DNA of 64,000 bases from Vicugna vicugna (lineage: Eukaryota): the NCBI GenBank assembly GCA_013265495.1, contig MU058198.1, forward strand, positions 570,419 through 634,418. The letters are read 5' to 3'. The notes beneath the pieces were generated by a model. The model was given only the letters and a program-made list of their open reading frames with translations. It made no database searches and had not been told where the DNA came from. Positions within the stretch are counted from its first letter, which is position 1. Each line of letters opens with the position of its first letter. The translations under genes were made by a program, and so were the position numbers. This document shows, piece after piece, positions 1 through 11,714 of the stretch.

Positions 1-904
1 GGTAGAACTGCATGGACTCCTGCTGTCGGCTGAGTTGTTGAGTGGAGGAGCTTTGTCTTCTCTTGCTGAAAGTTACAACTCTACTGCTTTTTCAGCCCCC
101 CTTGCCTATAAAAAATTACACATGAACAAATGCAGATTGTTGTAGCTGAATAAAATTGTATTTAGGAACAAATTAATGGAATACCATAGCAGGTAGGACA
201 GATATAATGTGCTTGTCTTCAATGAAAATCATTGACTCTATATTTGGGAAGAATGATTCTTTGAATTTAGTTGAATTATAGTGGATCCCTGAATATATAT
301 GTGCTACGTCTGTGTAATACTTGGCATTTCACGTTTCAAAGTGTATCACCATGATCTGTTCAGTAAGTTGGTCATAATGGTCATAATGTTAATAAAGTTT
401 TTAGTTAGTAATTAGAATATCTGGAATTTTAATATCTGGTCTTTTTTGGAACCTTAAGCTGAGAAGCTTTACACTATCAAAGCAACATTTATTTAAAAAA
501 AAATCAAAGCAAGACTACAAGCTACAATATCAGAGGTCCTGGAGAAAGACAAGAAACAAAAGAATAAATAGAGGTGAGATGCATATGACAACCACATGGT
601 GTGAAGTCCATTGGAGCAAGGAGAGTCTTGATGGAACATGGACACGTAGTCTTGGCTCCTCCAGATCGTGGTGGAATCTGCTGAACGGGTGGGTCAGGGT
701 GGTGAGATACAGACCTTTGTTTGGTGGCATGAGATGAGAGGAGCAGCGCAAGAGAATGTGGTTCAAAATGGGGGCCTGTCTGTATCTTGATTGTACTATG
801 TCAGATTTAGGAATACTCTGGTCAGAAGCATCATTTAAATTGATGGTGTAAAGCATCAGATATTAGTACATTTTCTAAATTTGAGGGGACATGTTTCTTT
901 CCAG

Positions 905-1035
905 AAGGCGAGGAGATATTAAAAAGCAAGATGTTAGCTTTTGAAGAAATGCGGAAGAGGCTAGAAGAGCAGCATGCCCAGCAGTTGTCACTACTCATAG
1001 CTGAGCAGGAGAGGGAGCAGGAAAGACTGCAGAAG
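905..1035 (+). CDS. CCP110: CP110 coding exon (E)[43 protein letters not shown], coiled coil
   Basis: Acceptor tttctttccag, donor AAG|gtgagt; 131 nt, phase 1 to 0. Confidence 0.95.
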
Positions 1036-1558
1036 GTGAGTTACTAAAATGTAGGGGTATAGGGCTGGTGAGTGGAATTGAGCTGAGGTTAGTCTATGAA
1101 TTTGGGTCATGTATGGGATACTTGTAATTGTTTCCCCTGTGTACTTAATCTAAGGTGGTCATTGATTTTGATACGTGGATAGCGTTTTTATTTCCAAAAA
1201 TGTGAATTTAAATATTTAGATCCTTCTCTAAAAATAAATGCATACTTTGTCCAAAGGATATTTTACTGAACCGTTGATTCAAAACTTCTGATATTTTTAA
1301 GAGATATTTTATAAGTAGATGCTGAAATACGCATTCTGTAAGAGTATCTTGTAAGAGCAAGGACAGTTGTTTTAAGATGATTATAGTTAATACATCGTTT
1401 TAAAATCAGCTAAATAGATTGTCAATTTGATTTGAGGGAGAAAAACCTGAAATAATAATCTGCTGGTAATTTTAGATACTTTTATCTAAGCCTAAAATGA
1501 TACTATTTGGAGATATAATTAAAGAAAAGATCTACCATGTTATAATAAACTGTTAATC

Positions 1559-1817
1559 GACATAGAATACAAACTTGTGGTTGCCAGGGGGTCGGGGGCT
1601 GGGAACGGACTGGGATTTCAAAATGTAGAATACATAAACAAGATTGTACTGTGTAGCACAGGGAAATATATACAGGATCTTGTGGTGGCTCACAGCGAAA
1701 GAGAATGTGGCAATGAATGTATGTATGTTCATGTATAACTGACAAATTGTGCTCTGCACTGGAATTTGACACAACATTGTAAAATGACTATAACTCAATA
1801 AAAAAAGTAAAAAAAAG
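1559..1817 (+). mobile_element. 5'-truncated L1 3' end (cetartiodactyl type) with A-rich tail and 13-bp TSD
   Basis: gacatagaatacaaacttgtggttgccagggg...acaacattgtaaaatgactataactcaataaaaaa; flanked by taaactgttaatc (1546-1558) and taaaccgttaatc (1818-1830). Confidence 0.88.
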
Positions 1818-1835
1818 TAAACCGTTAATCTACAG

Positions 1836-2013
1836 GAAATAGAAGAACAGGAGAAAATGTTAAAAGAGAAGAAGGTGATTTCGGCGGAAGCCTCTGAATT
1901 GGACATGAACAATGCTGTGGACTTAGAATGGAGAAAGATAAGTGACTCTGGTTTGCTAGAAACAATGCTGTCTCAAGTGGACTCACTCCATACTTCACAT
2001 TCAAATAGTTCTG
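1836..2013 (+). CDS. CCP110: CP110 coding exon [13 protein letters not shown]...HSNSS(G)
   Basis: Acceptor ttaatctacag, donor TCTG|gtaaat; 178 nt, phase 0 to 1; overlaps track ORF 1857..2093. Confidence 0.93.
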
Positions 2014-2576
2014 GTAAATACTTAAAAATCCTTTTCCATTTGAAAGAATTATCCTATATAGTAAGATATTTTATTTCTCATGCTTTAAAATGAAAGCTCC
2101 TTTCCATAAGTAATTTCACATCCAACCTACTGCCGTTTGCCAGCTGCTTAGTAACTGGTAAAAAAATGAAATGCTAGTGGCAGATCAAAGACCAGTGAGC
2201 AGGTGTTCATGAGAAAAGACACCTTAGCATGGGAAATATAAGGAAATTTGACTCAGAGCCCAGTCTTTGTTCATTCATGCAGCAGGTGATAGTCTTCAAG
2301 TGAAAACACAGTTTACTATCTCCTGAGTGATCTTGAATTACATCTAATTCCCCAGTCCCAATAAGAGCTTATCTTCACATCTTCAATTATCCTGAGATGC
2401 TGTTTGTGTTGAAAAGGTCCATCTGGTGCATAAGCTTAAAGTCCATACATATTTTGTCTGTATGTGGATCAGTTTCAGAGGGGTTGTTATTCTTAATGAA
2501 TGCCATGTTTATTTGGATGTTCTGTGTATTCTGATTATTTGACATCAAGTATAATACTGTATGTATATTTCTCAAG

Positions 2577-2716
2577 GTTTCACAAGTTCTGCCCTGCAAC
2601 ATAACTTTGGTTCTGCAAAGGAAGTACCATTCTACCTCTGGGGATCATCACCTAGTGGTTTGGCCACACTCTCAGTAACAAGGCCTTTTGGAAGGGCCAA
2701 AACTAAATGGTCTCAG
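2577..2716 (+). CDS. CCP110: CP110 coding exon (G)[11 protein letters not shown]...RAKTKWSQ
   Basis: Acceptor tttctcaag, donor CAG|gtgggc; 140 nt, phase 1 to 0. Confidence 0.93.
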
Positions 2717-2973
2717 GTGGGCAAACTTAATGATATATGCATGCATGTCTGTCTGTCTGTCTGTCTTTTTTTAAGGAGCTAAATTACCTTAGGTTGTACC
2801 AATGAGCCGTAGATATTTTTGCCATACGGCAAAAACTTAGCTTTTATCAGAGATTAAATTCCACAGAGCAAACACATATAGAAGAATTTAGTTCATTGTA
2901 ATAGATTAAGAAAAACAATCTTGAGTATAATGCTCAGATTATTAAAATATTGTGTCTATCTTATTTCTTCTAG

Positions 2974-3090
2974 GTTTTCAGCCCAGAAGTACAAGCAAAA
3001 TTTAACAAAATAACTGCAGTAGCAAAAGGATTTCTTACTCGTAGGCTTATGCAGACAGATAAGCTGAAACAACTTCGACAAACTGTGAAA
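2974..3090 (+). CDS. CCP110: CP110 coding exon [39 protein letters not shown] (IQ-like/calmodulin-binding region)
   Basis: Acceptor tttcttctag, donor AAA|gtaaga; 117 nt, phase 0 to 0. Confidence 0.95.
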
Positions 3091-3443
3091 GTAAGATTGT
3101 ATAAATTGTATTTCATTTCTGTCTCAGTTCCTATCAGTGTTGTGACAAAGTGAACAAATTAGTTCAGAACTTTGGCAGATCAAAAAATTCTTTTGGTCAT
3201 TATAATATAGGCTGTTTTAGAAATTGATTAATCTCATTCAGCTAATTTTTAAAAATAGGTAAATGAAGTAGTTTGTGTATTTTTGTCTCACTTTAAAATC
3301 AATGCTATTTGACGTAGGATGTAATAATTTTATTTGTGTTCTTAATAATTTTGAATTGATTGAGAAACAGAGCAAAAGGAAACTCCAGTGACCATGAAAT
3401 CTTTCTAGAAAATTGGTTTTTGAAGGAGCATTTCTTCTTTCAG

Positions 3444-3545
3444 GATACTATGGAATTCATAAGAAGTTTCCAGTCGGAAGCACCGTTAAAGAGAGGAGTT
3501 GTTTCAGCACAAGATGCTTCTCTTCAGGAAAGAGTGCTCGCTCAG
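3444..3545 (+). CDS. CCP110: CP110 coding exon [34 protein letters not shown]
   Basis: Acceptor ttcttctttcag, donor CAG|gtaccg; 102 nt. Confidence 0.95.
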
Positions 3546-3732
3546 GTACCGCGTGTGTCCTGGAGGCTTTTAGGGAATGGAGATGTTTGATTTCCCTCCC
3601 TTCACTGAACCACTGAAAATAGGTTTCAATTAAAGCTTTAACCTTTTTCTCTAAATAAGAGTGTACATAATATGACTAAACTCTAACGTCACATTTTTAA
3701 ATGGGAATAATATTTCCTTTTTTTGAGCTTAG

Positions 3733-3849
3733 CTGCGGGCTGCCCTGTATGGTATTCACGACATATTCTTTGTGATGGGCGCAGCTGAGAGGATGTCTAT
3801 TCTCCATCATGACCGAGAAGCTCGCAAGGAGAAAATGCTCAGGCAAATG
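3733..3849 (+). CDS. CCP110: CP110 coding exon [39 protein letters not shown]
   Basis: Acceptor gagcttag, donor ATG|gtatgt; 117 nt. Confidence 0.95.
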
Positions 3850-3879
3850 GTATGTTACGTGACTTTTAAATTAGTGAGT

Positions 3880-4830
3880 GAAAAAAACAACTCTGTCTCT
3901 TTCATGCTCACAAAATACTTCTGATACCAGGTGTGTGGGGTTTTCCCTCCATGCCAGCTCTCTGACGCCAGCTGGCTGTCTTGCCATTCAGTTCGGTTCT
4001 GATACTGTCTACCTGAAGTTAGTGTCACATCCTACAAGTTAAGGATGCAGTCTTTTAAGACTGCCCCCACTTCAGATGCTGGCCTCAAGTTCCATTTGTT
4101 GCCTGTACTTCTGCCCAACTGGCCATAAATTGGGATTCCCATGTCTCCCTCCTTGGGTTTGAAAATTTTTCTAGAATGGCTTACAGAACTCAGGGAAACA
4201 CTTGCTTGTATTTATGGTTTTATGGTTTTTTATATAATAAACGATATAATAACAGATACAGGTGAACAGCCAGATGGAGAGATGCATAGGGTGAGGTCCG
4301 GAAGGGTCCTGAGAGCAGGAGCTTCTGTCCCTGTGGAGTTGGTGTGTGCCACCTTCCTGGCATGTGGATGTGTTCACTAACCTGGAAGTTTTCTGAACCC
4401 CATATGTTAGGGTATTTATGGAAGCTTCATCATGTAGGCATGATCATTATTAACTGGATCTCCAGTCCCTGTCCTGTCCCTGGAGGATAGGAGGTGAGGC
4501 TGAAAGTAAGGTTGTAATCATGCTTGGCCTTTCTGGTGACCAGCCCTCATCCAGAGCCCACCAAAAGTTGTGTTGTTAGAACAAAAGATGCTTCTATCAC
4601 CCAGAAAATTCCAAGGGATTTCTGAGCTCTGTGAAAGAAACAGGTCAAAGAGCAAATATTAGAACAAAAGATGCTCCTGCACTCCTGTAACTCAGGGGAT
4701 TACAAGGGTTTTAGGGACCTTGTGCCAGGAACCAGGGCCAAAGACTAGATATTAGCAGGATCCAGAGACAGACAGATCAATTGATTGATCGATCAACCTA
4801 TCTATCCATCCATAATTATACTCCACAATG
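3880..4830 (-). mobile_element. MER21-like ERVL solo LTR
   Basis: Shares long motifs (tctgatactgtctacctg, gcccccacttcagatgc, cataggcatgat) with copies at about 19.9 kb and 23.1 kb; family name from recall. Confidence 0.7.
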
Positions 4831-5147
4831 AAGTTCCTCTGGGTTTGGAGTAATTGATGCTAAATATCATTCTTTATTGACTTTAGTACCCTTCCCACAA
4901 TTCTTAAACACAGGTAGTTCCCAAGATTACCAGTAATATTTAAATCTGTGGACAGATTTAAAAGAAATTGGTAAAAGAATTATATACTATTTTGTGATTA
5001 GATTTTAGATTTAAGCATGAATTTTGCTTGGATGGCTTATAAAAAACTGTTAGTTGTTCCTGGTTCAATTTCCCTGGAACTATCATGTACATTTTCCCTC
5101 TTTTGGAAATCAGAGTTAGAAAACATGTTCCAAATTAATTTGAAATA

Positions 5148-5310
5148 CAGTTGCTCCTTTAACAACACAGGGGATTAGGGGTGCCCCACAATAAAAAATC
5201 TGAGTGTAAGTTTTGACTCCCCAATAACTTAACTACTGGTAGCCTACTGTTGACCAGAACCCTTACCAATAACATAATAGTCGATGAACACATATTTTGT
5301 ATATTATATA
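5148..5310 (+). mobile_element. Tigger2/MER8-like DNA transposon fragment
   Basis: ta|cagttgctcctttaacaacacagggattagggg...ttttgactcccc...actactggtagcctactgttgacc resembles the MER8/Tigger2a 5' end. Confidence 0.65.
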
Positions 5311-5458
5311 AAAAAATAAGACTGCTTCAATTATGAAGACTAAGTGAAAGTTCAAAATTCTAGTAAGAGAAGCTGTTTCAATCTGAGATCATCCTGTAGT
5401 ATAATTTAGTGGTATTACTGGTACCCCTAGAGCTCCATGTTACTTTTGTGTTTTGAAG

Positions 5459-5532
5459 GATAAAGTGAGAAGTCCACGAGTGGCTCTTTCAGCTGCAACA
5501 CAGAAGTCTCTTGATAGGAAGAAGTATATGAA
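5459..5532 (+). CDS. CCP110: CP110 coding exon [24 protein letters not shown](K)
   Basis: Acceptor gtgttttgaag, donor AA|gtaagt; 74 nt, phase 0 to 2. Confidence 0.94.
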
Positions 5533-6066
5533 GTAAGTTTTTTCATGTCTTGTTACATTTTAATTTATTATCAAGCCAGTTAATTTTTAATCATCTGTTG
5601 TTGTGTATTCAAATTCGAAGTAAAGAATAGTTAACTTTCTGCAACTGAGGTGATAGAAACCACTTTATATAAAGAGTTTTATTAAAATCAGGTGGTAAAA
5701 TCTGATGTCCTCTTTAGATAAATGAATTTGTCAAGGTTCAATTTGTATAACTGATAGCTAATTAAATAATCTTAAAAATAATTAATCCTTATATTCAGTG
5801 TTAATTTTGTATCTTTTGGATGTATTCCTTTACTTATAGTCTAAAGTCTTTATGAAGGGGGAACTTAATGCAAAGACTATCCTAATAAGTATGCTGTTAA
5901 AAGTCTTTCTTGAAACTAGTCTTCAGTATGTTTAGTATGTTTTTTAGTAGTGCACCATCTTTGAAATGATGATTTATTTCTGTCATCCCATATCACATTT
6001 GTAAGTATGTGTTTTCCCCCTTTCTAAATACATTATTTGTGTGTCCTTATTTTTATATTGTGTTAG

Positions 6067-6129
6067 AGCTGCAGAAATGGGAATGCCAAATAAGAAATTT
6101 CTGGTTAAACAAAATCCTTCTGAAACAAG
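6067..6129 (+). CDS. CCP110: CP110 coding exon [20 protein letters not shown](R)
   Basis: Acceptor tgtgttag, donor AG|gtgaga; 63 nt, phase 2 to 2. Confidence 0.93.
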
Positions 6130-6798
6130 GTGAGAAAAATCACTTAGTCTCAGTGAGAGGTTATTTTTTAATTTTTAAGGAAAAGAAAATTTTATAAATC
6201 CCAAGCCTGCTTTTTGTTGGCTTTATTCTGCTTTATATCAATAAATCTCTCCCTGCTGAGTTGGAGGACTAGAGAGTCAGAATCCATAGTAACACCCGAT
6301 CGTGTAGTTGGTCACATGTCAGACCGGATGTTCCTGGAGCTTTCTGTAGGACATGCTCTCTCTGGTGGAAATGTGAGCCCCATATGGCCTGAGTTCAGTC
6401 TGCAGTCCAAGGCGTCTTTGCTACTTATTTAAAAACCTTAGAAAGCTAGCTTAATGTTTCTGACCTATTTTCTGCTCTTACAAGAGTGATGTTTTCTCTC
6501 TCAGATGTTTGAAAAGGAAAATTGGCTTTGTAAAGTATATAAATACATTATATAAAACCACAGGATTAATACTCACACTAGACATCTCTTTCCTGATAAA
6601 AAACTAAGGTTTGGGCTCTTGGTGAGCAAATAAGTACTCTATTAATACGCTTTCATCCATTTGCTCTACATTGTGCATTGCACAGAGGCCAAATCATTGC
6701 ATAGGCCTCGCTGTTACCGTCTTTCAGCTATTGAAAGAAAATGGGGGGGGGGCTGAATTTATCCTATTGAATTAATTTTTTATTTACTTTGTTAATAG

Positions 6799-6858
6799 AG
6801 TCCTTCAGCAAAACCAAGGACAGAATGCACCTGTTCATAGGCTACTGAGTAGACAAGG
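6799..6858 (+). CDS. CCP110: CP110 coding exon VLQQNQGQNAPVHRLLSRQ(G)
   Basis: Acceptor tttgttaatag, donor GG|gtaaga; 60 nt, phase 2 to 2. Confidence 0.93.
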
Positions 6859-7355
6859 GTAAGAATGCAACACACGGGTATTTAAAAATAGTCAAATCAA
6901 GATTAGCTTTGAAAGGGAAAAATAATTTAGCACTCTTTACATGAAGGGAAACTATTTTCAATTGTGGTTTTTTTTTTATAGCATTAAAAAGATCTTTTAA
7001 AGTTTTGATCAGAGATAACACTTTGGTGTACTGTTGTGTATTATATTTTAATTACCACCTTATGTTGGCATGCTTTTACTTTTCATTTCATACCATTTTG
7101 CTCATTAAGAATTGTAAACATCCACATAGTAAGCTCAGTGTCACCAAAGTGATTCTTCAACAAAGCGTAAGCCATGGTTATAGTCTCTTGCTGAAGCAAA
7201 AGTTTAGCTTCCTTGCTGTGCACATGCATGGGACTCAAATTCTTTTCAAGCTTATTTGTGCTTTGAACAGTTGATGCAGTATGGTTGCTTTTTTTGGATG
7301 TTGAACATTTAGACCTTAATGCAAGTGACTTATTACTTTTTTTATATTCAATTAG

Positions 7356-7441
7356 AACCCCTAAGACCTCAGTGAAGGGGGTTGTGCAAAATAGACAGAA
7401 GTCTTCACAGAGCAGAGTGCCTAACAGAGCGCCTGTTTCAG
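7356..7441 (+). CDS. CCP110: CP110 alternative (cassette) exon [28 protein letters not shown](G)
   Basis: Acceptor tattcaattag, donor CAG|gtgtgt; 86 nt (not a multiple of 3), phase 2 to 1; matches the C-terminus of the longer human isoform as I recall it. Confidence 0.9.
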
Positions 7442-9529
7442 GTGTGTAGCAAATGAGTTTCTGAAGCCCATTCAATAGAAAGACGTGCACAAGCTGCCCG
7501 TAACACAGGCCGTGCAAGTGGGGTGTTGTCTTTCCTTGCCACCATATTTTGGGATATGCACTGTCATTCCTCCTAGTGATCATTTGTGCTAGTATTTTTG
7601 TGGCAGTCAGGAGATCTTAATAAAACTGTGGTTCCAATCTTGATTTCTGTAATAATACCATGGAAACTATGTATTTTTTAATCTGAAAAAGTTTGTAGAA
7701 TTATACATACTTAATTCAGAAAAGTTTTTATAAATGAGTAAATTATAATGATCTGATGCCTAAATCTGTGCATGTCTGTTCAGCTTTGGGGAAGTGTATC
7801 ACCCAGGGATATTTGTATCTGCACATAAGAGGAAAACTTTCTCCCTCTGACCACAAGATCACATATGAATATGCCAGGTGGGAGGGGGTAAAGTCTTAAT
7901 CTTTTAAGAGTAAGTAAAAAGGCTGAGCTAAATTTCTCTATATGTTCATTACTTGAGAATTATTTAAGGTCAAAACTAAAAAACGTATTTTAAAATTCTA
8001 TTTATGGTGGCAAGAAGACAAATTATAATGCAGAACTTTTAAGCTAATGTTTTAATATTTTTTAGGTATCTTTTGTTAAGACACTATGATAAAGTCACCA
8101 AAAATTATGTGATCTATTAAAAATACTTTTGAAATGCTTTGCTTTAACTATACTGCTTTCTAAACATTTAAAAGAAACCTAATCACCAGGCAGTAAAGAT
8201 TAAATATTTTAATCAATTCTAATCTTCCCATTAATATATAATCAGTCACGTTTTAGAGCTTTTATTACTAAGTGATTTCCTCCAAATTAGAAGGGAACAA
8301 GCAACATAAATTTTTGTCATGTTATCACCATTTGTTCACATAAGTTCAAAGAAGGAATAAGATACGGATCACAGCTTTGAGTTGATTGCTGACCTTTTGA
8401 TGTATATAGTGAATTTAATTTATAATGTTGAATATATAGAGAATAATTTAAAAGGTCATCTTTTGCAGGTCACTTTGAGTGATAGTCAATGGAGTTGTTT
8501 TAGAGGGGATTACAAATTTGAAAATCCTGCTTATTCCAGAGGTAGTCAGAGCCAGCTGGTTTGAAAGATAACCGTTTGGAAGAACTCAGACCATATACCA
8601 TATCTGTTACATGTGAAGTTATGTGAAATTTTAAGACATTTTCAACTTTTTCCCCATGTTAGTGTCTGTATTATGGTAAATCCTAGCTAGTTGGCAAATC
8701 ATTGAGGAATTAGTATTGCCTTGCCTAATACTATCTATTGCCACAGTGACTACTCTCCATATTCTTTTCTCATGCATTTCATCTCCACTATTTGTCACTT
8801 GTGAACCTATATGCAAAATAGCAACTACTGTCTCTGTGTAGTAATACTCAACAGTATGCAGGATGACTAGGAAGTCATTGCAGTTAATATGTACAATGAA
8901 GTTCAGTATGTAGAATTACTATGGTTTAATTGCACTGCATTGTAATTACTAATACAAATGTACTTAACCCTTAAATTAATGTCATAATAAGTATCTAAAC
9001 AAGTATGAACAGTTTTCTATTTTTTCTAAAAATTTATTTATACATGAAGACATATTAAGACAATTGAGAAAGACTAAGAATTTTATTCTTTTACATAAAC
9101 TGTAAATTGGGGATATGACTGATTAAAGTTCCAACTATGAATCTCACCACAGAGATCCATAGTTGCTCTTGAAAAGATTCTTCATCCCTGCTTAGATTTT
9201 TAATGGCCTGAGTTATGTTTCAAACAAATTTGAAACTATGCTTTGATTTGATCTGCATGGAGAACAAACCCTTTATTAAGCATTTTGTAGAAAATTCATT
9301 TTTGTTACAATGATGAATATCATACTCAGACTGAAGTTGAATTTCTAAGGTGTTAGTTTGTTGCAAAGTAGTTAAACTGTTTTATAGTTTTTACAAACTA
9401 AATTACAATCTGATCTCCTGTTTTAAAATGTATTTGTTCATTTGATGTCTTGTGCTTGACTTAAGAGTTTATACTGAAATTCAGAAACTACTAATTAAAG
9501 CAGAGTAGGAGGCAGTAGCGCAAATGGTT

Positions 9530-9750
9530 CAGTAAAACAACAAATCAGGGGGAGTTGGGGTCTCAGAGTTTCTACTTCTAGCTTTGTTATTGATATAACT
9601 GACTTACTCTCCTATGTCTCAGTTGTATTATCCTTAAAATAGTAGTAATTTCTACCTCACGATTATTTTACATAAGGATTTCATGTTACAATGTATTTTG
9701 CTTAACTCAGTGCCTGGTACATAGTGAGCACTCATTAAATGGTATTATTA
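9530..9750 (+). mobile_element. MIR SINE
   Basis: tctcagttgtattatccttaaaatag...cagtgcctggtacatagtgagcactcattaaat core and 3' end. Confidence 0.65.
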
Positions 9751-9798
9751 CAGAAAAACTAACATTGAGAAATAATACTAGTTTTGTTCTATTTTTAG

Positions 9799-9874
9799 GA
9801 GTATATGCAGGAAAAATCCAAAGAAAGCGGCCAAATGTTGCGACAATTTAAGAAGACAGCATTCATTAGGATAA
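9799..9874 (+). CDS. CCP110: CP110 last coding exon, two frames: GVYAGKIQRKRPNVATI* (stop 9849-9851, cassette included) or GSICRKNPKKAAKCCDNLRRQHSLG* (stop 9872-9874, cassette skipped)
   Basis: Acceptor ctatttttag at 9798; both frames are open and both match known CP110 isoform C-termini. Confidence 0.93.
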
Positions 9875-11708
9875 AAAATGGGGGAAGGGTTATGATCCGT
9901 ATTATTTCCCCTGTTCAAGCCTTTTTATTTAACCCTGGACTCTGTTTACACAGGCAAAGTGACCGTCAAAGGACTGAGAAATTATCTGGATGTTTTGGCT
10001 GATCTGGCTAATTCCTTCCCCATATGCCCATTTTCCTCTTAACAGTAGTTTTGAGTGAAGACAAATTAGTGTTTAGTAATTGACTCATTTCTGTCTTTAA
10101 CCTGTATAAACATAAGTGTTTTATTACTCAGGGGTCTGCTGAGGACCTTTTTGTAAGCTTAAAGGACATTTGGGTTTATTTCTATAAAATACTGAAAAGG
10201 TGTGATAAATTATAAATAAGTTCTGAAATACGAATTTCATTCATCTTTGCACACTGATTGCTGAGTTTGATAAATTAGATACCGTTCTACTGGGGAAATT
10301 ATTGCAGGAGAATATTTTCCCCTGGTTTTGTAACATTAAAAACTCTGATTAAGCTCTCGTATTCTTGGACTTAGAGTATAACCACATAGCATAAAACACT
10401 GCCTGCTGATTGTGGTCCATCTAAAATTTACCACAGAAGTTGCTGGGTGACACCATTTTGGTCACAAGTACATACTCCTCTCAACAACTAGTTGTCTTAC
10501 AGAAATGTTAGGCTTAATGTATGTTACCCCAGTACTGTTAGAAACGTTTCTACTTAATTGAAAAATATTTCTGTGGATGGTAACACATTTGGGGAAGACA
10601 GCACAATCTTCTTGAATGTAGCTTAGGAAAGAATGCATTGTTACATCCATTTCTATAAAACAGAGTAACATGTTGCATGCAGTTATATTTTCTATTTAGT
10701 CTACTTATTTTGTTTCTTCATAGTCTGCTTCTTTTTTTTTTAGCATGCTTTGATTTAGGAGAGAACAAAGGGCTATATAATATGATAAATTCAGATTCTC
10801 AAGTGGGATAATAATACCGTTTAGTTGAAATTCTGCATTACTTAGGGGCACTGATGTTGAAGATTTTTCAGCACTAACATATTTATTTAAAATATAAACC
10901 AAAAAATGTTACCAAGGGAACATAATTGTATGAAAAAGAATATCCCTGTTAATTTATCATGCCATTCCAAAAAGGGCTTTGTGCTTCTTACATAAAATTG
11001 GGACTGTGTACAGTTAATCTTTCTAACTTGAATTTTAAAAAGATACTGGTATTTTGAAAATGCAGACTATATATATTCTTAATATCCTTTTAAGAATGTG
11101 GAGATAAAGATTGTTTTCTTCAATTTTGTGTTCCATTTAAAACTTAACTTTTATATCCAGTATAGACAGAAAATAATCTACTCTGGGTATAAACTTGATT
11201 TTCTTTATGGAGATGTATCATTTATTTAATGAGTGAACCAGAAAATTAGAAGACAGTCAAAAATATCTGAGTTACCAATTTATATTTGTGGGCAAATTAT
11301 CATCTTAATATTATAAATTGTGCTTTATCAGTCTGAAAACTCAGGATACAGCTTACACATGGTGGGTCTTTCCTGTATGAAAGATAGATGCTAAAAGTTT
11401 TGTGTATAACTAATGCAAATTGGCTAAAACAAATAGTGTGTTTTGGAGAAAGTTAAAACTAGTTTTAGATTGAGGATGCAAAATGAGTGTTTTTTAATTT
11501 AAAGATAAAAGCTTGTGTGTGTTATACATTTTTTAATGTTCACAGCTTTTTCTCATAAAAGTGCCAGACATTGTTTTGTGCTTTTAATGGATTTTATTTA
11601 TATACATTATTTTTGTTATTTTTACTTTGAGTCAAATGTCCATTAATGTAAATTATATTTATTTTTATACTTTAATTTTCTCTAGTTTTGCTTCTAGGCA
11701 AAAGGCAA

Positions 11709-11714
11709 AATAAA
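11709..11714 (+). terminator. Probable CCP110 polyadenylation signal AATAAA
   Basis: AATAAA at the end of an about 1.9 kb AT-rich, repeat-free 3'UTR, with U-rich upstream sequence and a GU/U-rich downstream element (tttgatcttttttgttt). Confidence 0.75.

Noticed and set aside
8700..8960. Series of small hairpins in the last CCP110 intron as a structured ncRNA or snoRNA
   Set aside because: Stems are only 5-7 bp in AT-rich DNA, with no convincing C/D or H/ACA box arrangement; cannot be supported without an Rfam search.
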